In this document: positions 31,541-42,002 of the stretch, in pieces
Numbering within the stretch: the first letter of the stretch is position 1
Layout: every line of letters starts with the position of its first letter
Origin: an uncultured Acidobacteriota bacterium
Lineage (GTDB): Bacteria > Acidobacteriota > UBA6911
Length of the DNA: 64,000 nucleotides
Reading direction: 5' to 3'
Assembly: GCA_963827655.1 (NCBI GenBank)
Contig: CAWHCF010000002.1
Span: forward strand, 128,001 to 192,000
The notes under the pieces: generated by a model
Told to the model about the DNA's origin: nothing
Database searches by the model: none
What the model saw: the letters and a program-made list of their open reading frames with translations, nothing else
Program-made: the position numbers and the translations under genes

Positions 31541-31901
31541 CTCGGAAGGTTTTGCGGCGGTCTCTGAAGACCGTGCCACACAAGCAAAAAGGCCTCTCGG
31601 TCAATCGAGGGCCCGTTCGCTGATTCCCTCCCGCAGTTCGCTCTTTCGCGGAATGATTGCCGGATCTATGATGGAACTTCCTCGCCCCTGACAAGGCTGG
31701 CGGAAACGACATAACCGGCGAGCTCTCCCGCCGCCTGATCTCGCTACAAGGACGAACATGTCGGTCACGGTGGCGCGATGGCGAACTCATGCGAGGATCC
31801 GTTCGATAGCAATGCCTCGGGAAAGAAGCTCCCGATGATCTCTGTGGTTCGCGGCCGGCAGGTTCTCTGACGGTAACACCGGCGGAAATGTCAAACCAGC
31901 A

Positions 31902-32882
31902 ATGACACTCGTGCGACTTCGACTTGATCCCTGGCCCGGGGACTACGAGGGACCGTTTCAACTCGAAGAGTCAGAAGAGGAGCCCGCCGGAAAGATCGAT
32001 CCTGATGTGGAGGGAATTGCGTGGAGCCCAATCCAGCCCAAACGGATCGAAAGGCCCGAGCCGTTGTTCTTTGTGGATGGAGTTCGCCGGATCGACGCGC
32101 GAGTTATCGCCGACGATGATTCCGGTCGCATCGTGCACGGTCTTTTCGGATCAGTGGCTTGTGGAGCTGTTCGCGTTGAACGGGCCAAGGCAGCGTTTGA
32201 AGAGGTCCGGATCAGGCGCTACATCGTGCTGGGAAGCGGCTTGATGGCGCAGCCCCAGGTGATGACAGTCGGAAATACCGAGTTAGCCTTTGCTCCTTAC
32301 TCTGTTGCTGAAACAAGTCCGACGGCTCCACTGCTGGGGCTGCAAAATCTGATGCGCACCGAGGAGGCGGCCATTGCCCAGGATCATGCCCAGGAAGCCG
32401 CCTGCGTTTTTGCCGATGGACCGCTCACTTATTTTGCGGCTGTGAAACAGAGGACGGTCGGAGTGATCAAACGCTTGTTCAAGGCATATCTTCCGGCGAG
32501 TAATTTTGCTCTGGTTCCGCGACTGGCCCTGGCCGAAAGAACGCCGCTTTTTGCCATCATCGACGGGTACGACAGGTTCTCCTGGTATCTGCGTATCGGC
32601 ATGCCGAGACCCATGGACCACGATGTGGCCGGCGTCTTGCGAATGGAGGTGCGGACCGGCGTGGGGCTGGAAACAGCCGTGGAGCTGGCAAATCTTTCCG
32701 CGAGCTGCATGCCGGCATTCGCCGGCGATTCCGCTCGAGATCCACGAGCGCCACAAAACCTCCTGCCCGTTGGAGCGCTGGAGCAGGAATTGAGACACCG
32801 GCTCGGGGATGCGATCGCGATCCGCCGCGCCATCGAAAGAGTGCTGTTTGCGCGCACCCTTGAAAAGGAAGCTGAGGCATGA
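31902..32882 (+). CDS. nurA: NurA-family DNA double-strand-break repair nuclease
   Basis: LRLDPW, FVDGVRRIDAR, FADGPL, GVIK, RFSWYLR, DPRAPQNLLPVGALE; directly upstream of a HerA-like ATPase. Confidence 0.8.
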   Translation: MTLVRLRLDPWPGDYEGPFQLEESEEEPAGKIDPDVEGIAWSPIQPKRIERPEPLFFVDGVRRIDARVIADDDSGRIVHGLFGSVACGAVRVERAKAAFEEVRIRRYIVLGSGLMAQPQVMTVGNTELAFAPYSVAETSPTAPLLGLQNLMRTEEAAIAQDHAQEAACVFADGPLTYFAAVKQRTVGVIKRLFKAYLPASNFALVPRLALAERTPLFAIIDGYDRFSWYLRIGMPRPMDHDVAGVLRMEVRTGVGLETAVELANLSASCMPAFAGDSARDPRAPQNLLPVGALEQELRHRLGDAIAIRRAIERVLFARTLEKEAEA

Positions 32883-34495
32883 GCATCGAGATTGGACGAG
32901 TACTCGGGACTGAGGACGCGCAACCCCTGGACTTCTGGATTGCGGTCGATCCGAATCAGGTGGTTCAGCTGGACGATGTCGTATTCGTCAGCCGCGAATT
33001 GCCGGATGGCCAGAAGGTGTTTCTGTACGGAATCGTCGACATTGTCCGGGCACGTCATGAGGGAGCGCGTTTCGAGACCGACGTCTTCCTGTCCGAGCAG
33101 GGCATCTTTCCTTTGGGACGTTCAATCGTGGCCCATGTTTCAGTCACACGCGTCGAGCCGGAGATATTCGTTCCTCCTCTTCCGGGTCAAGCCGCATGGC
33201 GCGCAGCCGGGGTGGATCGCGACCAGGCCCTGTTCTTCGATTCCATGGAGAAGAAATTCGCCCTGGGTTTGTCCAGGGACGGAGAAGTCGTGTACGGCAA
33301 TCTGGAATTCCTGGATGGTTCACGGGGCGCGCACGTCAACATTTCAGGCATATCGGGAGTGGCAACCAAGACGAGCTATGCCACCTTCCTCTTGTACGGA
33401 CTATTTCACAGCAATGTCCTGGAAAACGAGGTCACGAACACGCACGCCATCATTTTCAATGTAAAGGGCGAGGACCTCCTGTTCCTCGATAAACCGAATG
33501 TGAAGCGCACCGAGGAAACCGATCAGGCCTATGCAAGACTGGGGCTCGAGCCGGGAGCATTCTCCAGCGTTTCCATTTACGCGCCCGTGAAGCGAGAGCA
33601 GGAAGTCCTCCTCCCCGATACAGGCAGCCGGCAGGAGGGGGTGACGGCGTTCTGCTGGACCATCGAGGAATTCTGCCGCGAGCGGTACCTTCGATTTCTG
33701 TTCGCCGAAGCCGATGATGAATCGAGCCAGCTTTCAGCCGTGATCGATCGGGCTGAAGCCAGCCTGGCCAAGGTCCCGGAGGCGCTGGACTGCCAGTCGT
33801 TCGATGATCTGGTCGAGTTCATAATCGAGAATGTGAGCGGTTGGACTCCGGCCGCGACCGGCACCCTCGCAGCCTTTGAACGACGCTTGCGCGCCGCCGC
33901 CTTTCGCATGGGACATCTGATTCGCGGGCGCATTCAAATCGAGAAACCTGAAAAGCATCGCATCAACTGGAAAGCCAAACAGGTCACCGTTATCGATATT
34001 CACAATCTGAGCGACCGCGCCAAGCGTTTCGTCGTCGGTGTCGTCTTGCGGCGCATGTTCGAGGATAAGGAGGCGACTGGAACCGCTCGCCCCCTGGTCT
34101 TTGTTGTTCTGGACGAGCTGAACAAATATGCGCCGCGCGAGGGTTGGAGTCCCATTAAAGAAGTCCTGCTGGACATCTCCGAGCGTGGCCGCAGCCTGGG
34201 TGTAATTCTCATCGGCGCAGAGCAGACTGCCAGCGAAATCGAACGGCGTGTCGTCGCTAATTGCGCATTCCGCGTGGTCGGCCGTTTGGATCTGGCGGAG
34301 GCCCACCGCGACGAATACCGTTTCCTGACCGAGGCCAGCCGCGCTCGCGCGGGAATATTGAAGCCGGGTTCGGTCATCGTTCATCAACCGGAAATCCCGA
34401 CGCCTCTCCTGTTGAAGTTTCCGTTTCCCACCTGGGCCACACGCGTGAGCGAGGTCTCGAAGAAACAAAAAGGAGATCCGTTTAAAGGATTCTGA
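32879..34495 (+). CDS. herA: HerA-family ATPase/helicase with N-terminal HAS barrel
   Basis: HAS-like N-terminus; Walker A variant GISGVATKTS; IFNVKGEDL; Walker B VVLDELNKYAP; ERGRSLG; EQ. Confidence 0.85.
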   Translation: MSIEIGRVLGTEDAQPLDFWIAVDPNQVVQLDDVVFVSRELPDGQKVFLYGIVDIVRARHEGARFETDVFLSEQGIFPLGRSIVAHVSVTRVEPEIFVPPLPGQAAWRAAGVDRDQALFFDSMEKKFALGLSRDGEVVYGNLEFLDGSRGAHVNISGISGVATKTSYATFLLYGLFHSNVLENEVTNTHAIIFNVKGEDLLFLDKPNVKRTEETDQAYARLGLEPGAFSSVSIYAPVKREQEVLLPDTGSRQEGVTAFCWTIEEFCRERYLRFLFAEADDESSQLSAVIDRAEASLAKVPEALDCQSFDDLVEFIIENVSGWTPAATGTLAAFERRLRAAAFRMGHLIRGRIQIEKPEKHRINWKAKQVTVIDIHNLSDRAKRFVVGVVLRRMFEDKEATGTARPLVFVVLDELNKYAPREGWSPIKEVLLDISERGRSLGVILIGAEQTASEIERRVVANCAFRVVGRLDLAEAHRDEYRFLTEASRARAGILKPGSVIVHQPEIPTPLLLKFPFPTWATRVSEVSKKQKGDPFKGF

Positions 34496-34497
34496 AG

Positions 34498-35648
34498 ATG
34501 AGATTCCTGCACACGTCAGACTGGCACGTCGGCAAGACGCTGAAGGGCCGTTCGCGCGTTGACGAACATGAGAAAGTCCTGACCGAGATCCTGGACATCA
34601 CGCGTCGCGAGAAGGTTGACTGCGTCCTGGTCACCGGTGACATCTTTGACTCGCAGACTCCGCCGCCGGAAGCCGAGCGGCTCGTGTTCAATTTCCTTTC
34701 GGAGTTATGCGGCGCTCGGATTCCTGCGGTCATCATCGGCGGGAATCATGATCACCCGAAAAGACTTCTCGCGGTCCGCGATCTTCTGAAGCGTCTGGAG
34801 ATTTTTGTGCGTCCCGAACCGCTGCGTCCAGAGGCTGGCGGCGTGATTGAGCTTTCAACCGGCGGAGAAACTGCCCGAATCGCGGTGCTTCCGTTTGTGA
34901 CGGTCGGCAAGATCGGCGATGCAGCCAAACTGCTGGAGCCTGAAGCCGACAAATACCAGGAATATGCCGAGCGGATCGGGCTCATGGCTGAGGCGCTCTC
35001 ACAGTCGTTCTCCCCTAAATCGGTAAACATTTTCCTCGCCCACCTCTTCGTCGATGGATCGCTTACCAGCGGCAGCGAGCGTGAGATTCATGTCGCGAAA
35101 CCGTACGCGGTATCGGCGCAGCGATTTCCATCCACGGCACACTACGTCGCATTGGGCCACCTGCATCGACCTCAGGATCTGGCCGCGCCCGCGCCCACCT
35201 GTTACGCCGGATCGCCGCTGCAGCTGGACTTTGGTGAAGAGGGGCAAGTGAAACGAATCGTGATCGTGGATGCGCATCCGGGAAAACCGGCAAGCCTTGC
35301 GAGCCATGCATTGAGCTCGGGGCGCACTCTTCGGAGCATTACCGGAACCATCGAGGAGCTGCAGGCGCAAGCGGGATCCTTCGGCGATGATCTTCTTCGT
35401 GTGACCATCCAGCTGGATAAACCCACACCGGGCATTGCCGATCGTATCCGTGAATTTCTTCCCAACGCGCTTCACGTCAATGTGAATGTGCCCCGGCCGC
35501 CGGACGACGGGCCCAAAGACTGTCATTGACCAACCCGAATGAACTCTTCTCGGCATTCTACAAGTGGCGATACCAGACCGATCCGCCCGAGGCGGTTGCC
35601 CGCCTGTTTCACGACCTGTATGAAAGGGAAGTCAGTGCGACCGATTAG
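34498..35648 (+). CDS. sbcD: SbcD/Mre11 nuclease (frameshift near 35515)
   Basis: HTSDWH, GDIFD, GNHD, AHLF, LGHLH; shifted frame gives C-terminus PNELFSAFY..LFHDLYEREVSATD-stop at 35648. Confidence 0.9.
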
Positions 35649-38458
35649 CCTGGAGATGGAAGGGTTCACAAGTTTTCGTGAAAGGGCTTCGATAGATTTC
35701 TCCAGTCTGAATCTATTTGCAATTACCGGCCCGACCGGAGCGGGAAAAACCTCCATCATCGATGCGATGACCTATGCCCTCTACGGTTGCACACCGCGAA
35801 TGAGCGAAAAGCAGATAAAGGACGTGATCAGCCAGGGCCGGTCGAGCGCACGCGTGCTGTTCCAATTCTCGTCGGGCAAGGAACAATACCGCATTGCCCG
35901 CGCCGGGAGATGGAACGGACGAAGCATGACTACCGAACTGCGCTTCGAACAGCGTGCCGGCGACGATTGGGTCCTCCTGGCGGACTCGGTCACGAAAGCC
36001 AGGCCGATAGTGGAGCAGATAATCGGGCTCGATTTCAGCGGGTTTACAAAGTCCGTGGTTCTTCCTCAGGGCCGTTTTGATGAGTTCCTCAAAGGAAGAG
36101 CGGACGAACGCCGGCAGATTCTTTCCGATCTGCTCGATCTCGAAATCTATTCACGCATGATGAGACGCGCGAATCAGATTGCCGACGAACACAAGACTCG
36201 AGTGTCTTTTATTGAGGGCCTCTTGAAGAGCGATTTTGCCGAGGCCACGCCCGAGAATCTGGAGCGGGCTCGCCAGCAGTTAACGGAGATTGAGCCGCAG
36301 TTGCAACCGATCGAAGCCCAGCTTAATCGCGTTTCCCAATTTCTGCCGTTGGCGCACGGCCTTCGCCAGGCGCGCGCGGACCTTTCAGCGAGCGACCGCG
36401 AGCTCAAAAGCATCGCGCCCAAACGCAAAGCAGCCGAAGAAGAGCTTCAGCGCATTCGAAACCGCATTCAAGAACTGGAGACGAAGAGTAAGGGCATCGA
36501 TTCCCGACTGAAGTCGAATACCTATGATTCCAAGCTTCATGTACAACTCTCCAGCTCACTCGCCAAGGCACGACAGCTTGAGGAATTGCTTTCACACTAC
36601 GCGGATCTCGACCAGGCAAGAAGGGACAAAGGGGCACAACTTTCACAAGCGAAGAATGAGGCGAAGAAGCTGGAGAATCTCGCGCTGGACGCGAGGAAGG
36701 AATTTCAGGCGGCCCAGAAAGAAGTCGATAAAGAGCGCAAGGCTCTTGCCCGGTTCCGGGAGAAATACGGCTCACCGGAAGCGATCAAATCGGCGGTCGA
36801 GAACTTGAGGCAACTCTCGAAACAAGAAAAGAACCTTCTGAAGCTCCAGTCTGAGTTCAAGGCAACCGAAGACGAGATCAAGAGCATCGCAAAGAAACTG
36901 GCATCTGCGGAAGCGGAGGCTCAGGGTGCGCGAGAAAAGCCGGGACCGTGTGCGCGCGGAACATGACGCGCTTGTGCGAGACCATTCCGCCGAAGCGCTC
37001 AAGCAAGATCTACATCCGGGCGAACCCTGTCCGGTGTGCGAGCAAGCGGTTACCAAACTTCCCAGGCGCAGGAAGCACGCGCCGCTCGAGGAAGCCAAAC
37101 GCCGCCAAACCGAAGCTGAAAAGGCTTGCGCTCTTGCCGAGGCGCGAGTGGCGAACCTTCAAGGTCAATCTGGACCACTCGATCGCGGTCTCAAGACGCA
37201 GAAAGTGCAGATCGCAGAGGCAACAGAGACCGTTCGAGAGTTAACCGAAGGTTTTCGCTCCTTCGCCGGCCGCAAACCGGGTCCGAACGACGAATCTGAA
37301 TTCCTTGACTCAAAGAAAGAATTTGAGGCGGCACAGCGCAAAGCGGACGAATCCAGTCATCATTGCGAGCAACTTAAAGACGCCGATTCCGCGGCTGCCG
37401 CCATGCTCAAGGACCAGCAATACACGACGGGGCTCCTCGAAAAAGAAATCAGTGGAATGGATCGCGAGCTGGGGAAATTACAGAAAGATTGTGAGAGGTT
37501 GGGCGATGAGCTGGGCGAACTGTCTAACCTGAAGAAGGTTCAGGCCGAAGTGGAAAAGCAGGAGCAGGCTCGATCTGAACGAGAACGGTTGAACATCGAA
37601 AGGGACAAGCTTGCCGAAGAATTGTCGCACGCGAAGGACGATTTCGCCGCGGCGCATGGTCAACTGGAGGGTCTTGAAGCCACTCGAAAGAAGGTGGAAG
37701 AAACGATCGTTTCACTGCAGAAGAAGATTCAGAAGGACTCGGAGGCCCTGTCAGCCGAATTTGCCGACCTGGAAAAACCGGCGGGCAATCGCGACGAAGC
37801 CTTTCAGCTCGACGAGCGGGCCCGGCAGCTGCAGTCGCAGCGGGATGACGTGAAGAACCGGATCGTCACCCTGAGGAATCAGATCAAGACGCTGGAAGAT
37901 AAACTTGAACGGGCCGTTACCCTGCGTCAGGAGCTTGAGCAGCACAAAGGAAAGATGGCCGACGCCCGCACACTTGCGAAGGCTCTGCATGGCGATCAAT
38001 TCATCGCCTTCATCCAGCACGAAGCGTATCGCCGGCTGGCAGCCGACGGTTCGGTGCACCTCGAGACGTTAAGCTCCGGCCGGTATTCCTTTACCGTTGA
38101 AAAAGAGGACTTCCAGGTCATCGATCACTGGAATGCCGACGAGCCTCGTCCGGTTACCACGCTCAGCGGCGGTGAGACGTTTCTGGCATCGCTGGCGCTG
38201 GCGCTGGCGCTGGCCGAAGGCTTATCCGGGATGAGCTCGGGCCATACGAAGTTTGCCCTGGAATCACTCTTCCTCGACGAAGGCTTCGGGACGCTCGATT
38301 CCGAGACGCTGGAGACGGTGGTTGCAGGGATCGAGGGATTGAGCGCTGCCGATCGTCTCATTGGCATCATTTCGCACATTCCGGATCTTGCCGAGCGCAT
38401 GCCCACGAGGATCCAGGTCCGGAAGTCCGTAGGCGGAAGTACGATTGAAATTTCCTAG
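35635..38458 (+). CDS. sbcC: SbcC/Rad50 SMC-family ATPase (frameshift near 36935)
   Basis: GTG start; GPTGAGKT, Q-loop LPQGRF, coiled coil, zinc hook CPVC, LSGGE, LFLDEGFGTLD, ISH. Confidence 0.92.
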
Positions 38459-38589
38459 GCGGAAGTAACGGCCACCCGACGATGCCCGCGGGTCGAAGGG
38501 AACCCGCGAAACGGCCATCGAATTCCACCGCAATGATTCAGCGGATCCGACAAAAAAACCCGATCCTTAAACGGAAATCGCGCTAAATT

Positions 38590-40707
38590 ATGACCATGAC
38601 TCGATACCTTGCTTTGCTGCTGCTCGCCGCCGCCGCGTTCCCCAACTCGACCGATTGGCCGTCCTACGGCAACGATCCGGGCGCCATGCGCTATTCGATG
38701 CTGCGGCAGATCCATGCCGGCAACGTGGATCGGCTGAAGCTCGCCTGGACGTTCCGTACCGGCAAGCCGGGCTCGGAGGCCATTCCCATCGTCGTCAACG
38801 GCGTGATGTATGTGACGGCCCCGGATGGCGTGTACGCACTCGTGCCGGAGACTGGCGAGCTGCTCTGGAAATACGACGCCTCGCCCATGCCTCTGCGAGG
38901 ACTGGCGTACTGGCCGGCGTCGGGAGGCCTGAATCCACGCGTGTTCACGGGGAATGGACATTTTCTCCTGGCGCTGGATGTCGTCACCGGAAAGCCCGCG
39001 CCTGAATTCGGGAACGCGGGACGCGTCGATCTGAAGCAGGGTGTACTGGGGGATCTCAAAGACGGGCGGTATGTGCTCCAGTCTCCGCCGGCCGTCTTTG
39101 GCGATGTCATCATTACGGGATGCAGCAACGGCGAGGGTGCCCCCAGCATTGGGGCTTATGGTGACATTCGCGGCTGGGATGCCAGGACGGGCAAGCTGGT
39201 GTGGACTTTTCATACCGTGCCGCGCCCGGGCGAGCCGGGGTCCGAGACGTGGCCTCCCGATGCCTGGAAAAACCGGTCGGGCGCCAATGTGTGGGGCTTC
39301 TTCACGATTGATGCAAAGCGCGGGATCGTCTACGCCCCGCTGGGCTCGCCGACCGACGACTTCTATGGCGCGGATCGGGTTGGCGACAACCTCTATGGGA
39401 ACTCGCTGGTGGCGCTGGATGCGCGCACAGGCGAAAAGAAATGGCACCAGCAGCTGGTCCATCACGACATCTGGGATTACGACCTGGCGGCGCCGCCGGC
39501 CTTGTTCGACATCCGTCGCAATGGGCGTGTCGTTCCGGCCGTTGCCCAGATCACGAAGATGGGTCTGCTGTTCGTGTTCGATCGTGTCACCGGGAAGCCG
39601 GTCTACGGAATGGAAGAACGGCCCGTGCCGCAGACCGAAGTGCCGGGCGAGGCGACCGCCAAGACGCAGCCGTTTCCGGTGAAGCCTCCGCCGCTCGGCA
39701 AGAACACGTTCCGCCTGGAGGAGATGTACGACCGGTCGCCGGAGCACGCGCGTTTTTGCAAGGAGTTGTTTGACACCAATCAAATGAAGATCGGCGGGCC
39801 CTACACGCCGCTGCCGCTCGAAGGCAACGCGCTGTTCTATCCGAGCACGCTGGGCGGAGGAAACTGGGGCGGGGTATCGGTAGATCCTTCGCTCGGTCTT
39901 CTGTTCGTGAATGTGATGCACATCGGGCAGTGGGGGCACATGGCGAAGCGCGGTTCCGGTTACCGGCGCACTTCGGCTTTCGGAGGGTATGCGCGGTTCT
40001 GGAATCCCGAGACGCGCATACCCTGCCAGAACCCGCCCTTTGGGGAGATGATCGCCGTCGACCTTGCGTCGGGGGACATCGCGTGGCGATCTCCGCTGGG
40101 GAGAATCGAGTCTCTCGAGGCGATCGGGGTGCGCGATACGGGGTCTTTGAACCTGGGCGGCAGCATAGCCACCGCGGGCGGTCTCGTGTTCATCGGGGCA
40201 GCCAACGATTCCAGATTCCGCGCGTTCGATTCGAAGGCCGGCAAGCTGCTCTGGGAAGCGCGCCTGGAGGCGAGCGCACACACCAGCCCGATTACGTACA
40301 TGGGGCGTGACGGCAGGCAATACGTGGCGGTGATGGCCGCAGGAGGAGGAGCGTATCTCAGTGGGGGCCTGAGCAATACCCTGGTTGCATTCGCGCTGCC
40401 GGACGTCCACCGCACGCCCTTGCCCGATTCGGTGACCCAGGCGGTGGCGGCCACGGCGGCCGCCCGGGCCGGACTGCCGAAAGTCGGCGCCTATGCGCCG
40501 TTTGTGCTGCCGCCTGGCGGAACGAAGGATCTGGTAACCAAGGCTTGCGGAACAGGTTGTCACTCGGTCGAGGTCGTGACCAGCCAGCGCATGACTGAGA
40601 AGGAATGGGATACGACGGTGCGAGCCATGGTGGCGCGCGGAGCGCCGGCGTCAGACGCGGAGCTAACCGCGATTGTGGAATATCTCGCCAAGACCCTGGG
40701 GCGCTGA
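38590..40707 (+). CDS. PQQ-dependent (glucose/quinate-type) dehydrogenase with C-terminal cytochrome c-like domain
   Basis: Signal peptide, DWPSYG, repeated W-motifs, HHDIWDYD, GRQYV; C-terminal CGTGCH..W..M. Confidence 0.88.
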   Translation: MTMTRYLALLLLAAAAFPNSTDWPSYGNDPGAMRYSMLRQIHAGNVDRLKLAWTFRTGKPGSEAIPIVVNGVMYVTAPDGVYALVPETGELLWKYDASPMPLRGLAYWPASGGLNPRVFTGNGHFLLALDVVTGKPAPEFGNAGRVDLKQGVLGDLKDGRYVLQSPPAVFGDVIITGCSNGEGAPSIGAYGDIRGWDARTGKLVWTFHTVPRPGEPGSETWPPDAWKNRSGANVWGFFTIDAKRGIVYAPLGSPTDDFYGADRVGDNLYGNSLVALDARTGEKKWHQQLVHHDIWDYDLAAPPALFDIRRNGRVVPAVAQITKMGLLFVFDRVTGKPVYGMEERPVPQTEVPGEATAKTQPFPVKPPPLGKNTFRLEEMYDRSPEHARFCKELFDTNQMKIGGPYTPLPLEGNALFYPSTLGGGNWGGVSVDPSLGLLFVNVMHIGQWGHMAKRGSGYRRTSAFGGYARFWNPETRIPCQNPPFGEMIAVDLASGDIAWRSPLGRIESLEAIGVRDTGSLNLGGSIATAGGLVFIGAANDSRFRAFDSKAGKLLWEARLEASAHTSPITYMGRDGRQYVAVMAAGGGAYLSGGLSNTLVAFALPDVHRTPLPDSVTQAVAATAAARAGLPKVGAYAPFVLPPGGTKDLVTKACGTGCHSVEVVTSQRMTEKEWDTTVRAMVARGAPASDAELTAIVEYLAKTLGR

Positions 40708-40779
40708 CCATTTGTCATTCTTCATTTCGTCATTTGTCACTTTTCATTGAACTCACCGGCGTTCGCGCGCGTCGAGGAG

Positions 40780-41331
40780 ATGAAAGTGCCGGGCGCCATC
40801 CAGATTCGATGTCTGCAGACCATCGGTGATCGCGAGATCCAAGGGTTGAGCGACTTGCTGATCGATTGCGTGGAAGGTGGTGCGTCCGTCAGCTTCATGC
40901 TTCCGATGTCCCGCGCCAAGGCGGAGGCGTTCTGGCGCAGCGCGTCCGAGAGCGTGGCGCGGGGCGAGCGAGTGGTGCTCACCGCTGAAGACGAAGCTGG
41001 AACGATCGTCGGCACCGTTCAGCTCATTCTGGCTCAGCCTGAGAATCAGCCGCATCGCGGGGACCTCGCGAAGATGCTGGTGCATCGACGAGCGCGCCGG
41101 CGGGGCATTGGCGCAGCCCTGCTCGCTGCCGCCGAGCGCAGTGCTCTCGGCGCGGGCAAGACGCTGCTGGTGCTCGACACCGCCTCGGCTGCTGCCGAGC
41201 GCTTGTACGCGCGGCAAGGCTGGCAGCGTTGCGGGCAAATTCCGAACTACGCGCTGATGCCAGACGGCACGCCCTGTGCGACCACGATTTTTTTCAAGTC
41301 ACTGGGTGTTTCCGACATCGACTGTTTCTAG
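40780..41331 (+). CDS. GNAT acetyltransferase (Ttr-like)
   Basis: DCVEGGASVSFM, NQPHRGDLAKMLVHRRARRRGIG, LLVLDT, AERLY; GAGGAG RBS. Confidence 0.85.
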   Translation: MKVPGAIQIRCLQTIGDREIQGLSDLLIDCVEGGASVSFMLPMSRAKAEAFWRSASESVARGERVVLTAEDEAGTIVGTVQLILAQPENQPHRGDLAKMLVHRRARRRGIGAALLAAAERSALGAGKTLLVLDTASAAAERLYARQGWQRCGQIPNYALMPDGTPCATTIFFKSLGVSDIDCF

Positions 41332-41366
41332 CTCGGTTGCAACTCCCATGCCGTCTCCCGACCACG

Positions 41367-41396
41367 TTGAATCTCCTGCGCTGCAATGCGTAGAAT
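41367..41396 (+). promoter_or_regulatory. Putative sigma70 promoter giving a leaderless ECF transcript
   Basis: TTGAAT-N18-TAGAAT, 6 nt before ATG 41403, no Shine-Dalgarno. Confidence 0.45.
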
Positions 41397-41402
41397 GTCG
41401 TC

Positions 41403-41999
41403 ATGAGCGATGAGATCCAGACGACTGTCTCGCGCCTGGTGCACGAGCTTCAGAACGGCAACCGAGCGGCTCTCGACGAGCTGTTTCCACTGATCTATGA
41501 AGAGCTGCGTGCGCTCGCGCACCGGCACCGGCGTCGGTGGCACGGCGACACCACGCTCAATACCACCGCGCTCGTGCACGAACTCTATTTGAAGCTCGAC
41601 GGCCAGAACAGAATGGGATCGAGCGGCCGCGCGCACTTTTTTGCCGTGGCGTCCAAGGCGATGAGGCATATCCTGAGCAACTATGCCCGTGAGCACAGGG
41701 CGAAGAAGCGCGGAGACGGCGCGACGAGAGTCTCCCTGGATGAGATGACCGTCCTTCCGGAAGAACCGCACACCCAACTTTCCGAGCAGCAGGCCGATAT
41801 GCTTGCGGAGCTCGACGAGGCGCTGCGGCGCTTGGAGCAGGTCGATCAGAGGCGTAGCGAGGTGGTAGAATGCCGGTTCTACGGAGGAATGACCGTCGAA
41901 GAAACGGCGGTTGCGATCGGAATCTCGCCCCGAACCGTCAAACGCGACTGGCAGCTCGCCCAGGCATGGCTGCACCGGGAAATAAAGTCTAACAAGTGA
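41403..41999 (+). CDS. ECF RNA polymerase sigma factor, TIGR02999-like (kinase-associated)
   Basis: LFPLIYEELRALA, TLNTTALVHELYLKL, HFFAVASKAMRHIL, KRG, TVKRDWQLAQAWL. Confidence 0.92.
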   Translation: MSDEIQTTVSRLVHELQNGNRAALDELFPLIYEELRALAHRHRRRWHGDTTLNTTALVHELYLKLDGQNRMGSSGRAHFFAVASKAMRHILSNYAREHRAKKRGDGATRVSLDEMTVLPEEPHTQLSEQQADMLAELDEALRRLEQVDQRRSEVVECRFYGGMTVEETAVAIGISPRTVKRDWQLAQAWLHREIKSNK

Positions 42000-42002
42000 G
42001 CC

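Noticed and set aside
38455-40563. Long antisense ORFs (also 26236-28221, 44861-46090, 52063-53814, 20288-21475)
   Set aside because: They are in-register shadows of real genes in high-GC DNA, with no motifs or RBS.
40709-40750. Short low-complexity runs (atttgtcattcttcatttcgtcatttgtcac; also 24313-24340 and 63750-63790) as an ncRNA
   Set aside because: Heptamer-like degenerate intergenic repeats with no supportable structure or family assignment.
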